From Tepidiformaceae bacterium (lineage in GTDB: Bacteria > Chloroflexota > Dehalococcoidia > Tepidiformales > Tepidiformaceae), in the NCBI GenBank assembly GCA_965221735.1, contig OZ244910.1, positions 1,753,760 to 1,817,759 on the forward strand: DNA of 64,000 bases, in the 5' to 3' direction. Of the stretch, positions 47,666 to 56,923 are shown one piece after another. How positions within the stretch are numbered: position 1 is the stretch's first letter; each line of letters starts with the position of its first letter. The position numbers were made by a program, and so were the translations under genes. Under the pieces are notes generated by a model that worked only from the letters and a program-made list of their open reading frames with translations, made no database searches and had not been told where the DNA came from.

Positions 47666-48310
47666 TCAGTCATCAAGGGTACGACACAGATCAAGGAAAT
47701 TCGTTAGCACGCGGGCGGTGGCGCCCCAGATCAGGTGCTCACCCCAGCGGTAGGACGGGAGGACGACGCGGCGGCCATCGATGTCGCGCACATCGTCGAC
47801 GAGGTTGGCGGGGTCGGTAAGGTGGTCGAGGGGCACCTCGAGGAGGGAGGCGACCTCCTCGGGAGCGAACACGAAGGTGTACGGCCACTCGCGCAACCAG
47901 CCGACGAAGGGACGGAGGCGGAAGTCGCTGCGCGTCCAGATCTCGTCGATCTCCCCAAGCAGGTCGACATCCTCGGGGGCGACGCCAACCTCCTCGTGGG
48001 TCTCGCGCAGGGCAGTGAAGGCAGCGTTGCCGTCACCCTCGTCGCGGGCGCCGCCCGGGAAGCTGATCTCGCCCTTGTGGTGTTCGACGAGGTGGGACCG
48101 TTCCTGGAAGAGCAGGTGAATGCCGTCGTCGCGTTCGTAGAGGAGGAGCAGGGCGGCGGCGGGCTTCGCCTCGCGACGGTCGGTGCGGCCCGGCTCGTAC
48201 GCGGCGAGGGCGTCGCGGAGCTGCTCCCGGAGCGAGGCGGCGGTGCGGTTCTGAAGGGCCATGCAGGTCGACTCGCGGGGCATGGTCAACGCGCCCGCGC
48301 GGGCTGTCAA
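47666..48310 (-). CDS. Nudix hydrolase (CoA-pyrophosphatase-like)
   Basis: Nudix box GEISFPGGARDEGDGNAAFTALRETHEEVGV. Confidence 0.8.
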   Translation of the reverse strand: MTARAGALTMPRESTCMALQNRTAASLREQLRDALAAYEPGRTDRREAKPAAALLLLYERDDGIHLLFQERSHLVEHHKGEISFPGGARDEGDGNAAFTALRETHEEVGVAPEDVDLLGEIDEIWTRSDFRLRPFVGWLREWPYTFVFAPEEVASLLEVPLDHLTDPANLVDDVRDIDGRRVVLPSYRWGEHLIWGATARVLTNFLDLCRTLDD

Positions 48311-48334
48311 ACGACGGCAAGCGAACGCGAAGGG

Positions 48335-48928
48335 CTAGAGCGCGCCCTTGGTGGAGGGGAGGTCGCCGCCGCGGCGCGGGTCGATGCGGGTGGCGGCGTC
48401 GAGGGCGCGGGCGAGCGCCTTGAAGCAGGCCTCGGCCTTGTGGTGGTCGTTGGCGCCGGCCAGGGTGCGGACGTGCAGGTTCGCGCCGAGGGAAGCGGCG
48501 AACGACTCGAGGAAGTGCGCGAGCAAGTCGGCGGGCAGCTCGCCCACGGTGCGGCCGAGCAGGCGCAGGTCGAGCTCCGCGTAGGGACGGCCGCTGAGGT
48601 CGACGGCGGCGAAGGCGAGAGCTTCGTCGAGGGGCATGTGCGCCGAACCGGCGCGCACGATGCCTGCCTTATCGCCGAGGGCCTCGCGGAAGGCTTCGCC
48701 GAGCGCGAGGGCGGTGTCCTCGACCGTGTGGTGGGCATCGACGTGCAGATCGCCTTCGGCCTTGATGGAGACGTCGAAGACGCCGTGCTTGGCGATGTGG
48801 CTGAGCATGTGGTCGAAGAAGCCGAGCCCGGTCGCAATCTCGAACTGGCCCGTGCCGTCGAGGTCGACGGTGACGGCGATGGTCGTTTCCGCGGTCTGGC
48901 GGCTGACGGTGGCGGCGCGGTCACTCAT
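48335..48928 (-). CDS. hisB: Imidazoleglycerol-phosphate dehydratase (monofunctional)
   Basis: GLGFFDHMLSHIAKHG...DAHHTVEDTALALG...ANDHHKAEA. Confidence 0.95.
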   Translation of the reverse strand: MSDRAATVSRQTAETTIAVTVDLDGTGQFEIATGLGFFDHMLSHIAKHGVFDVSIKAEGDLHVDAHHTVEDTALALGEAFREALGDKAGIVRAGSAHMPLDEALAFAAVDLSGRPYAELDLRLLGRTVGELPADLLAHFLESFAASLGANLHVRTLAGANDHHKAEACFKALARALDAATRIDPRRGGDLPSTKGAL

Positions 48929-50004
48929 CGGGGGGCGACCTCCTTGAGGGCTTCGAGCAGGCGGTCGGTGTCGCGGGGGCGTCCGGCGCTGATACGGAGC
49001 TTGTTCGCGAGGTCGGGACGGTCGTAGCGGCGCACGAGCACGCCACGCTGCCTGAGCGCGGCGGCGATCTCGCCGGAGTCGCCTCCGTTCACGTCGAAGA
49101 GCACGAAGTTGGCGTCGGAGAGGTGGGGGTCGAGCCAGCCGAGGGCGCCGACCTCCCGGGAGAGACGGTCCCGCTCGGCGACGATGGCGCGCACGTTCGC
49201 AAGCAGCTCGTCGCGGTGGACGAGCGCGGCGCGCGCGGCGGCGTCTCCGGCGGCGTTCACGTTGTAGGGCTGCTTGATGGCGAGCATCGGTTCCACAAGG
49301 TCAGCGTGCGCGACGGCGTAGCCAACGCGCAAGCCGGCGAGCCCGGCCCACTTGCTGAAGGTGCGCATGACGACGAGGTTGGGGTGGGCGTCGAGGAGGG
49401 GGATGGCGCTCGTGCCGGCGAACTCGGCGTACGCCTCGTCGACGACGATGAGGGCATCGAGCGCGCAGAGCGCCTCGATCTCCTCGAGGCCGGCCGCGTT
49501 CCCGGTCGGGTTGTTGGGCGAGGCGATGAAGACGACGCCGGCGCCGTCCTCGACGGCGGCGCGGAGGCCGGGGAGGTCGAGCGCGTACCCGGCCGTGCGG
49601 GGCACCTCGATGTGGCGGATGCCGGCCACGCCGCTGAGGAAGCTGTACATGCCGAAGGTCGGGGTGGCGGTGGCGGTCGCGGCGGGGAGGGTGAGGCGGA
49701 GGACGACGTCGAGGAGGTCGTCGGAGCCGGAGCCGGCGACGACGTTCTCGGGGCGGACGCCCAGGTACCCGGCGATGTCCGACCGAAGGCCGGCCTGGTC
49801 GGGGTCGGGGTAGATGTGGAGCGGGGCGGCGGCGGCGGCCTCGCGGACGGCCTCGGGGGCGCCGTAGAGGTTCTCGTTGGCGTCGAGCTTGACGATCTGG
49901 TCGACGGGCACGCCGATCTCGTCCGCGAGCACGTCGAGGGGCTGCACGGGCGCGTAATGCGCGAGATCGTCGATGTCGTCCCGGAGATAGCGGCGGAGGT
50001 CCAC
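48925..50004 (-). CDS. hisC: Histidinol-phosphate aminotransferase
   Basis: KLDANENLYG...TFSKWAGLAGLRVGY. Confidence 0.92.
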   Translation of the reverse strand: MDLRRYLRDDIDDLAHYAPVQPLDVLADEIGVPVDQIVKLDANENLYGAPEAVREAAAAAPLHIYPDPDQAGLRSDIAGYLGVRPENVVAGSGSDDLLDVVLRLTLPAATATATPTFGMYSFLSGVAGIRHIEVPRTAGYALDLPGLRAAVEDGAGVVFIASPNNPTGNAAGLEEIEALCALDALIVVDEAYAEFAGTSAIPLLDAHPNLVVMRTFSKWAGLAGLRVGYAVAHADLVEPMLAIKQPYNVNAAGDAAARAALVHRDELLANVRAIVAERDRLSREVGALGWLDPHLSDANFVLFDVNGGDSGEIAAALRQRGVLVRRYDRPDLANKLRISAGRPRDTDRLLEALKEVAPR

Positions 50005-50015
50005 GGTGCGGCTCG

Positions 50016-51341
50016 CTAGCGGCCCTGGAGGCGGCGCTCGACGGAGGCGGCGTGGCCGTCGAGCCCCTCGGCGCGGGCGATGACGCGGGCGGCTTCGGCA
50101 AGCTCCTCCACGTCCTCAGGGGGGATGTTCACGAGGCTGACGGTCTTGAGGAAGTCGCTCACGCCCAGGGGCGAGCTCCAGCGGGCGCTGCCACCGGTGG
50201 GCATGGTGTGGCTCGGTCCGGCCGTGTAGTCGCCGACCGCCTCGGGAGAGTTCTCGCCGAGGAAGAGGCCGCCGGCGTTCCGCACCTTCATGGCGTAGGC
50301 GGATGCGTTCTCGACGATGAGGCAGAGGTGCTCGGGGGCGTACTCGTTGGCCAGCTCGATGGCGTGGTCGATGTCGTTCACGAGGATGCAACCGCCGCGG
50401 GTCTCGATGGCTTCGTTCGCGATCTTGCTGCGGTCGAGGTCGCGCAGCTGGCGGCGGATGGCCCCTCCGACCTGCTCGGCGAGGTGGTGCGAGGGCGTCA
50501 GGAGGATGGGACTGGCGAGGCGGTCGTGCTCGGCCTGGGCGAGCAGGTCGGAGGCGACGAGCTCGGGGTCGGCGCTCTCGTCGGCGATGATCATGGTCTC
50601 GGTGGGGCCGTAGACGGCGTCGATGCCGACATCGCCGAACACCTGCTTCTTGGCGAGGGTGACGAAGAGGTTCCCGGGGCCGCAGATCTTGTCGACCCGC
50701 GGGATGGTCTCGGTGCCGTAGGCGAAGGCGGCGATGGCCTGGGCGCCGCCCGCCTTGAAGACGCCGTCGACGCCGGCGATCTCGGCGGCGACGAGCTTGA
50801 CGGGGGGCACGGAGCCGTCGGGCAGGACGGGACTGCCGAGGTAGACCTCGTCGACGCCGGCGATGCGGGCGGGTATGGCGCACATGAGCACGGTGCTGGG
50901 CAACGGCGCGGCGCTGCCGGGCACGTAGATGGCGGCGCGCTGGATGGCGCGTGTGAGCTGGCCGAGGCCGTTCAGCTGGAAGTCGACGAAAGCGCCCCGG
51001 AGCTGCTGCTCGTGGTAGGCGCGGATGCGTCCGGCGGCGAAGTTGAGCGCCTCGACGACCTCGGGGCCGACCTGGTCGCGGGCAGCGCGCATCTCCTCCT
51101 CGGAGACGCGCAGGTCCTCGACCTGGGCGCCATCGATGCGGCCGTTGTAGTAACGGATCGCGTTATCGCCGTCCTCGCGGACGTCGCGAATGATGCGCCG
51201 GACGACCTCGTCGGGCTCGAGCTCCTTGCCGAACGTGCGAAAGGTGGTCTCGCGCATCTCGAGCGGCAGGTCGTCGCCCTCGAGCGGGGCACGGGCGAGG
51301 AGCGTACGGCGACCTTCCTCGGCGTTCCGGACTATCCGCAT
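50016..51341 (-). CDS. hisD: Histidinol dehydrogenase
   Basis: 441 aa. [17 protein letters not shown], and the C-terminal HisD pattern. Confidence 0.93.
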   Translation of the reverse strand: MRIVRNAEEGRRTLLARAPLEGDDLPLEMRETTFRTFGKELEPDEVVRRIIRDVREDGDNAIRYYNGRIDGAQVEDLRVSEEEMRAARDQVGPEVVEALNFAAGRIRAYHEQQLRGAFVDFQLNGLGQLTRAIQRAAIYVPGSAAPLPSTVLMCAIPARIAGVDEVYLGSPVLPDGSVPPVKLVAAEIAGVDGVFKAGGAQAIAAFAYGTETIPRVDKICGPGNLFVTLAKKQVFGDVGIDAVYGPTETMIIADESADPELVASDLLAQAEHDRLASPILLTPSHHLAEQVGGAIRRQLRDLDRSKIANEAIETRGGCILVNDIDHAIELANEYAPEHLCLIVENASAYAMKVRNAGGLFLGENSPEAVGDYTAGPSHTMPTGGSARWSSPLGVSDFLKTVSLVNIPPEDVEELAEAARVIARAEGLDGHAASVERRLQGR

Positions 51342-52090
51342 TCGAGGTACCTCGCGACGGCGGCGGCGGCGGCTTCGGTGGAGCGCTCGATGAAGGCATC
51401 GACCTCCGCGCTCGTCACGTGGCCGATTGTCTCACCGAGCAGGTCGGGGAGCGAATCGAGGAAGCCGGCTAGCTCTCCCCCGGATTCGTCGACGCCGCTG
51501 CGGCGGAGGTGGTTCTCGATCATGCCACGGGCGCGATCCCAGTCCATGCCGCGGGCGGTGATGTCGCTGGCGACCTGCCGCCAGCGTTCGAGCGTCTCGG
51601 CATCGACGAAGCCGGCGTCGATGGTATCGATGGTGCAGGCGAGCGCATCGCAGATGTCGGTCCGGAGCTCCTCGTCGCCGTGGGCGCGCTCGAGGTCGAA
51701 CTGGAGGAGGCGGTCCATGACGTTGGCGCGAAGGGCGCCTCCCATCGTGTCGTGGGGGTAGAAGAAGCGGCGGTAGATGTTCGTTATGTACTGTTCATCG
51801 AGGACGAGATGGGTGAGGTACCCGGCCACGAAGGCGCGCGTCTCCTCGTTGAGGCGGGCGGGGTCGGCGAGGCGACCGTGCGCCTGGAAGAAGCCCGCGA
51901 CGGAGTCCTGGTGCTCGAACACGGAAAGGTCGAAGAAGTGGGTCGTGCGCCGGTCCGCGCGGGTGAGGATGCGGATGTCGGGGGCGGTGGCTCCCAGCAG
52001 GTAGTGCCCGGAATCCGCAGCGAGGGCATCTTCGGGGACCGTCTCGCCGAGCCTCCGGGCGAGGACCATGTGGAGGGTGATGGGGGGCAT
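51332..52090 (-). CDS. Unknown protein embedded in the his operon, possibly a metal-dependent hydrolase
   Basis: 252 aa. ITLHMVLARRL...LLGATAPDIR...THFFD...GYLTHLVLDEQY is a His/Asp pattern reminiscent of zinc-dependent phospholipase-C-like hydrolases (weak recall). It overlaps the hisG stop and the hisD start. Confidence 0.35.
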   Translation of the reverse strand: MPPITLHMVLARRLGETVPEDALAADSGHYLLGATAPDIRILTRADRRTTHFFDLSVFEHQDSVAGFFQAHGRLADPARLNEETRAFVAGYLTHLVLDEQYITNIYRRFFYPHDTMGGALRANVMDRLLQFDLERAHGDEELRTDICDALACTIDTIDAGFVDAETLERWRQVASDITARGMDWDRARGMIENHLRRSGVDESGGELAGFLDSLPDLLGETIGHVTSAEVDAFIERSTEAAAAAVARYLECG

Positions 52091-53556
52091 CAGGCGCCTC
52101 CCTGGGCCCCCTGCGCCACCGCTTCGGCCTCCCCGGCAGCGGTGGCGCGAACGCCATCGCGGAGCCGGTCGAGGAGCGTGTCGAGCAGGTCACGGCGGGA
52201 GGTCCGCGGGTTCGTGGCGGCGATGACGCAGTTCGTGGAGTCGAGGAAGGGGTCGAGCATGCGGAGGTTGTTCACGCGCAGGCTCGTGCCGGTCTCGGTG
52301 CCCTCGACGAGGATGTCGGCGTCTTCGGGCACGAACGCCTCGCTGGCGCCGGCGATGGGGATGATGGCGGTATGGGGGAGGCGCAGCTCGCGCGCCCACT
52401 CCTCGGCGAGGCCCGGGAACTCGCTGGCGATGCGGACCGGGCGACCGAGGCGCGACCAGATCGCGAGCGCTTCCTGCGTGGTCTCGGCAGGGAAGTCGTT
52501 GTGGACGACGGGACCGATGCGGTAGCGGCTGCGGCGCAGGTCGAGCGCCATCTCGACGGGGGAGCCGGGGAAGAAGGCGAGGTGTTCACGCAGCCGATCG
52601 ACGCCGCTGACGGCGATGTCGAAGGCGCCCATGGCGACAAGGGCGGGCATGTCCTGGGGGCGCACCACCTTCACCTCGATGCCCTCGATGGGCGACGTGG
52701 GGCGGCGAACGAAGTCGCGTTCGCCGTAGCCGTCAAAGGCGAGGCCCGCATCGGCGAGGGCGGCGAAGGTGTGGCGCTGGGCGTGCCCGTCCGGGAGGGC
52801 GAGGCGGAGCACGCTCGTATCGCGCGCGACGCGGCCGAGGGGCACGTCGGTGGCGTGTTCGGGCAGGGTCAGGGCCGCCTCGCTGGGGACGAAGGCGGGC
52901 GTGAGCGGCCCGACGACGGCGCTGCAATCCCGCGTGCGGAGGGAGCCGGCGTTCGCCACGATGGCGACGCCCCCGTGGAACAGACGGTGGAGGGGCACGA
53001 GCCCGAGCGCCTCAACACCGGCAGCATCGGGCGCAGCGACGACAGCGAGGTCGGCATCCTCGGGCGGATAGGCCTCGACCGAGCCGTAGAGGTCGAGGAG
53101 GGTGTAGCGGGGAAGGCGGAGGCGGGCGGCGAGGAGGTCGGTGAGGTTGGGGAGCTCGGTCGCGAGGCGGACGCCGTCGAGGGAACGGGGGTCGGGGACC
53201 TCGCCGGGGGCGAGGCCGGCGCCGGGGGCGGCGCACAGCCAGACCTCGGTCGCGGGTCCGGGCAGGGCGCCCACGCGCACGACCTGCTGCCCGGGGTAGC
53301 GAGCCTGGAGCTCGGCGACCCAGAGGTCGCTGCAGATGCCGAGGTCGTAGTTTCCGAGCGCGACCTGGATGGGGATATCACGTTCGCGGAAGACGCGGAA
53401 GCGGAAGCCGCGGTCGTTGACCTGGGAGCGCAGGAGGCGGGAACCGGACTCGTAGCCGTCCAGCACAAGACCACGCGCGGCAAGCAGGTCACCTACGGGC
53501 TCGCGCAGCGAACCGGTCGGCACGGCGAGGCCGAGCGGCACTCCGGGGCTGCTCAT
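52090..53556 (-). CDS. hisG: ATP phosphoribosyltransferase, tandem duplication of the short-form HisG catalytic unit
   Basis: 488 aa. Copy 1 is aa ~7-215 (LGLAVPTGSL...VFRERDIPIQVALGNYDLGI...GSVEAYPPEDADLAVVAAPDAAG). Copy 2 is aa ~249-460 (LRLALPDGHA...VVRPQDMPALVAMGAFDIAV...GASEAFVPEDADILVEGTETGTSLRVNNL). Only copy 2 keeps the E/D-x-TG-x-T-L PRPP loop. Confidence 0.75.
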   Translation of the reverse strand: MSSPGVPLGLAVPTGSLREPVGDLLAARGLVLDGYESGSRLLRSQVNDRGFRFRVFRERDIPIQVALGNYDLGICSDLWVAELQARYPGQQVVRVGALPGPATEVWLCAAPGAGLAPGEVPDPRSLDGVRLATELPNLTDLLAARLRLPRYTLLDLYGSVEAYPPEDADLAVVAAPDAAGVEALGLVPLHRLFHGGVAIVANAGSLRTRDCSAVVGPLTPAFVPSEAALTLPEHATDVPLGRVARDTSVLRLALPDGHAQRHTFAALADAGLAFDGYGERDFVRRPTSPIEGIEVKVVRPQDMPALVAMGAFDIAVSGVDRLREHLAFFPGSPVEMALDLRRSRYRIGPVVHNDFPAETTQEALAIWSRLGRPVRIASEFPGLAEEWARELRLPHTAIIPIAGASEAFVPEDADILVEGTETGTSLRVNNLRMLDPFLDSTNCVIAATNPRTSRRDLLDTLLDRLRDGVRATAAGEAEAVAQGAQGGA

Positions 53557-54770
53557 TTGTGCTGCAGCACGAACTGCACCACCTCATCGAGGGTGGCGCG
53601 GTCGAGGGAGGAGCCGGACGACGAAGCGGAGATGCCCTCCGGCCCGACGATGAGGCGGATGGAGGCGTCGCGCGCATCGCCGAGGGCAGCGGAGATACCG
53701 TGGCGATGGAGGGAGCTGGCCAGGCGGAGGGCGCCAGCAAGGCCGGCTTCGCGATCGGCCACGATGGCGACGGAAGCGCCGCGGGAAGGCGCATCAGCGA
53801 AGCGCCCCGAGAGCCGGTCGGCGTCGAGGGCGAAGCCGCAGGCGCTCTCGGGGGCTCCCGGGCCGGCGGGCTGGTAGCGGCCACCACGTCCCCAGGCGCC
53901 ACCCTCGCCACGCAACTCCCAGGTGACGCCGGAGTAGTAGTCGAAGTCGAAGGGGAGGGTGAAGTCGATGGCGACGGCACGGCCGGTCGCGACGAGCGCG
54001 GCGGCGACCTCTCGCAGCTCCTGCAAGGGGGCGGAGGCGCCGGGGAGGCCGGTCCTCGCGAGGGCGATCAGGTTGTCGACGAGGGCGAGCTCGCCCGAGC
54101 CGCCAAGCGCCGCCTGGACGAAGGCGAGAGCAGCAGGGTCGCCGGCAAAGGCGCCCTGGACGGCCGCGAGGCCGTTCCCGGCGACATCGTCGAGGAGGGC
54201 GCGGCGGGCGAGCACGTCGGTGAGGCCGGCGGCGTCGACGGCGGCGCGGGCAACGCCGGCGTGGGTGAGGCGGAGGTCGACGGGCAGGGAGAGCGCAGCG
54301 AACGTGTCGGCGGCGACGGCGAGCACTTCGAGGTCGCCTACGACGGGCGGGGCGCCGAGGTACTCGAGGCCGCACTGCCAGTCCTCGCCCTCGGCGCCCC
54401 GGAAGACGCTCTGGACGTACAGCAGCCGCGCGGGTGGCTCGATACCGGCATCGGCGGCGGCGCGGGCGACGGGGATGGTCGAGTCGTAGCGGAGCATGAC
54501 GCGTTCGCCGCTCCACCCGTCCCAGTCGAGGAAGGTGTAGGCGCCGGCGAGCATCTCCGGTGAGAGGGCGCCAGCAGAGGTGAAGAGGCTGTAGCTCTCG
54601 ACCGTGGGCGTGCGGATCTCCTCGTAGCCCCAGTGCCGGGCGACCTGGCGGAACGCGTCCTCGACGTGACGGAAGGCGCGCATCTGATCGGGGAGCAGAT
54701 CACGCATACCGCGGGCGCGTGGGACGGGGCCCGCGGAGGGGGTCGCGGCAGGCGTCAACTGGTCGGTCAT
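53553..54770 (-). CDS. hisZ: ATP phosphoribosyltransferase regulatory subunit HisZ (HisRS paralogue)
   Basis: GMRDLLPDQMRAFRHVEDAFRQVARHWGYEEIRTPTVE. The TGA overlaps the hisG ATG. Confidence 0.8.
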   Translation of the reverse strand: MTDQLTPAATPSAGPVPRARGMRDLLPDQMRAFRHVEDAFRQVARHWGYEEIRTPTVESYSLFTSAGALSPEMLAGAYTFLDWDGWSGERVMLRYDSTIPVARAAADAGIEPPARLLYVQSVFRGAEGEDWQCGLEYLGAPPVVGDLEVLAVAADTFAALSLPVDLRLTHAGVARAAVDAAGLTDVLARRALLDDVAGNGLAAVQGAFAGDPAALAFVQAALGGSGELALVDNLIALARTGLPGASAPLQELREVAAALVATGRAVAIDFTLPFDFDYYSGVTWELRGEGGAWGRGGRYQPAGPGAPESACGFALDADRLSGRFADAPSRGASVAIVADREAGLAGALRLASSLHRHGISAALGDARDASIRLIVGPEGISASSSGSSLDRATLDEVVQFVLQHK

Positions 54771-54831
54771 GGCTACTCGCCAGTGTAGCGGGTTCCCACG
54801 TAGCCGCCGCCAACGCACGCGGGCGCAAAGA

Positions 54832-54857
54832 GGGCCCCGGGGACGTCCCCGGGGCCC
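54832..54857 (-). terminator. 26-nt perfect GC palindrome, terminator after the ABC substrate-binding gene
   Basis: GGGCCCCGGGGAC/GUCCCCGGGGCCC, followed on the minus strand by CUCUUUG. Confidence 0.55.
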
Positions 54858-54891
54858 TCGGTCGGTTCCGGTGCTACCGGCGTGAGCCGGT

Positions 54892-56808
54892 TTAGGCGTC
54901 GTCCAGCCAGGCGGTCTCGCGACGTGGGGTGTTGTTGCCCGAGTAACCGTTGAACCAGTCGTCCTTGCCGTAGTCCCGCAGACGCGTGCTCACGGCAAGG
55001 TAGGACTCGGCGGCCATCGGCATCGTGAAGATGCCCCAGGCGCGGTCGAGGATCCAGCGCTGCAGGTCTGTGATGATCTGCACGCGGGTCTCGTGGTCCA
55101 ACTCCTGGGTCTGCGCGAGCATCTGCTCGCCGACGTGGGCCGAGCCTTCGGCGATCTCGGGGTGGGGCGAATCGGTGCGGAAGTTGAAGGCCACACTGCC
55201 GTACTGCTGAGGATCGAACCACGAGAGGTAGGACGCATCGGGGGCGCCATCGGTACCGCCGCCGACACCGGTGCCGCTCTGGAGCAGGCCCCAGGGCTTC
55301 ACGTCGTCGGTGTTGTCGTTGGCGGCGCTCACCCACGTCTGGATGTCCGCGCTGGACACCTCGAAGGTGGTGCCGAGCACCTCCGTGAGGTTCGTGGCGG
55401 CGAACTCGCTGATGGCGAGGTAGGCCGGCCCCTGGATGGTGTGGATGTCGACGTACTCGTAGATCGAGTCGTACTTCTCCTGGTCGGAGCTGCGGGAGGC
55501 AGCGTCGCTCTTGGCGGCCTCCCAGAGGGCCCGTGCCTCGTCCGGATCGTAGTTGTAGTAGGCAGCCAGATCCTCCTGGGAGAGGCGCTGGAATCGGGTG
55601 TTGATGATGGTCAGGGGCGCTTGCAACCTGGCGTTGCCGGCGTGGATGCTGTTGATGAAGGCCTGGTAGTTGAACGCGTTGCGGATTGCCTTCCGCGCCC
55701 GCTCGTCACGCCACTTGCCTCCGTCGAACCCGAGGACCGCCCAGCCGCCGGCGGGCGCGCCCTCGACGGCCACGTTCGGGTTGCCCTCCAGGCCCTCCGC
55801 CTCGAGGGCGTCGATGGAGCCATAGGCGTCAAGGTCGCCGCTTTCGAGGAGGGACCGCGCCGTCACGTTGTCGGCGACGATGCGGACGTCGTACTCGTCG
55901 ATGTAAGGCCCATCCTCGACGAAGCCGTCATCGGGGTTGGGATGGGCGTAGTAGTCCGGGTTGCGGACGAGGTGGGTGCCCTCGGCACTGCGCTCGGAGA
56001 GCATGTACGGCCCGGCGGCCATGCCGCGCACGTGCTCCTGGCCCGTCTGGTCGGGCTGGGCCAGCACCAGCTTCTTGTTGATCATGCCGAAGTACTGGCG
56101 GGAGCGATGGAGCAGGGCATCGGCGCGAGGCCCGGTCCAATTCTCCTGGACGTGCGTGGCGTCGACCGGCACGACGCTGTCGAAGTAGTTGTAGATGCTG
56201 GCGGGCACGTGGGTGGCGCCCAGCGAGGCGAGCAACTCGGGAGGCCGCTCGATGGTGAAGGCGACATCCTCGCTCGTGACGGGATCGCCGTTGTGGAACT
56301 GCATTCCGTCGCGCAAGGTCCAGACGAGGGTGGTGTCATCCACCTGCTCGTAGCCGACGACGCCATCAAGCGAGAACGTGCCCTTGCTCACCTGGAAGTC
56401 GAGCAGGTGGTTGAAGACCTGGTAGACGACCTCCTGGTTGTCGGTGTGGAAGACAGCGGGGTCCATGCCCATGTCTTCCGTGCGCTTCCAGGAGCGGTAC
56501 GTCCCACCGCGCTTCGGGCCGGCGGCAGGCTCTTCGGCCGCCGCGGCGGCAGCCTGCGTGGCTTCGGCCTCGGTGTCGGCGGCCGCGTCGTCGTCATCAG
56601 CGGCGGCCTGTGTCGCGGCGGCGGCCTGCGTGGCGGCGGCCTGCGTGGCAGCCGGGGCGGCAGCGTCGTCGTCGTCATCGTCGTCGTCGCCGCAGCCGGC
56701 GAGGATTGCCGCCGAACCGGCAGCAGCTACGCCGGTGCTCGCCAGGAAACGGCGGCGGCTCAGCCGTCGCCCGCGAAGGCGAAGCCAGTAGTTGTCTCGA
56801 TCGCGCAT
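54892..56808 (-). CDS. ABC transporter substrate-binding lipoprotein (peptide/nickel family 5), Tat-type signal
   Basis: RRLSRRRFLASTGVAAAGSAAILAGCG, then an Asp/Ala/Thr/Gln low-complexity linker, then the family-5 SBP body. Confidence 0.85.
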   Translation of the reverse strand: MRDRDNYWLRLRGRRLSRRRFLASTGVAAAGSAAILAGCGDDDDDDDDAAAPAATQAAATQAAAATQAAADDDDAAADTEAEATQAAAAAAEEPAAGPKRGGTYRSWKRTEDMGMDPAVFHTDNQEVVYQVFNHLLDFQVSKGTFSLDGVVGYEQVDDTTLVWTLRDGMQFHNGDPVTSEDVAFTIERPPELLASLGATHVPASIYNYFDSVVPVDATHVQENWTGPRADALLHRSRQYFGMINKKLVLAQPDQTGQEHVRGMAAGPYMLSERSAEGTHLVRNPDYYAHPNPDDGFVEDGPYIDEYDVRIVADNVTARSLLESGDLDAYGSIDALEAEGLEGNPNVAVEGAPAGGWAVLGFDGGKWRDERARKAIRNAFNYQAFINSIHAGNARLQAPLTIINTRFQRLSQEDLAAYYNYDPDEARALWEAAKSDAASRSSDQEKYDSIYEYVDIHTIQGPAYLAISEFAATNLTEVLGTTFEVSSADIQTWVSAANDNTDDVKPWGLLQSGTGVGGGTDGAPDASYLSWFDPQQYGSVAFNFRTDSPHPEIAEGSAHVGEQMLAQTQELDHETRVQIITDLQRWILDRAWGIFTMPMAAESYLAVSTRLRDYGKDDWFNGYSGNNTPRRETAWLDDA

Positions 56809-56923
56809 CTCAAAGCCCTCCCCGCTCCCGATAGCTTGCCGGGGCGTTCAGCCGATGCTGTGGCGCGCACAATAACCCGTGCGGGGATCGCGTTTCAACG
56901 GGGCAAGGGGACGAAGTTCGCGG

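Noticed and set aside
56560-56720. Repetitive GGCGGCCTGCGTGGC and GTCGTC tracts.
   Set aside because: These are in-frame coding repeats that give the Asp/Ala/Thr/Gln linker of the substrate-binding lipoprotein, not an independent DNA element.
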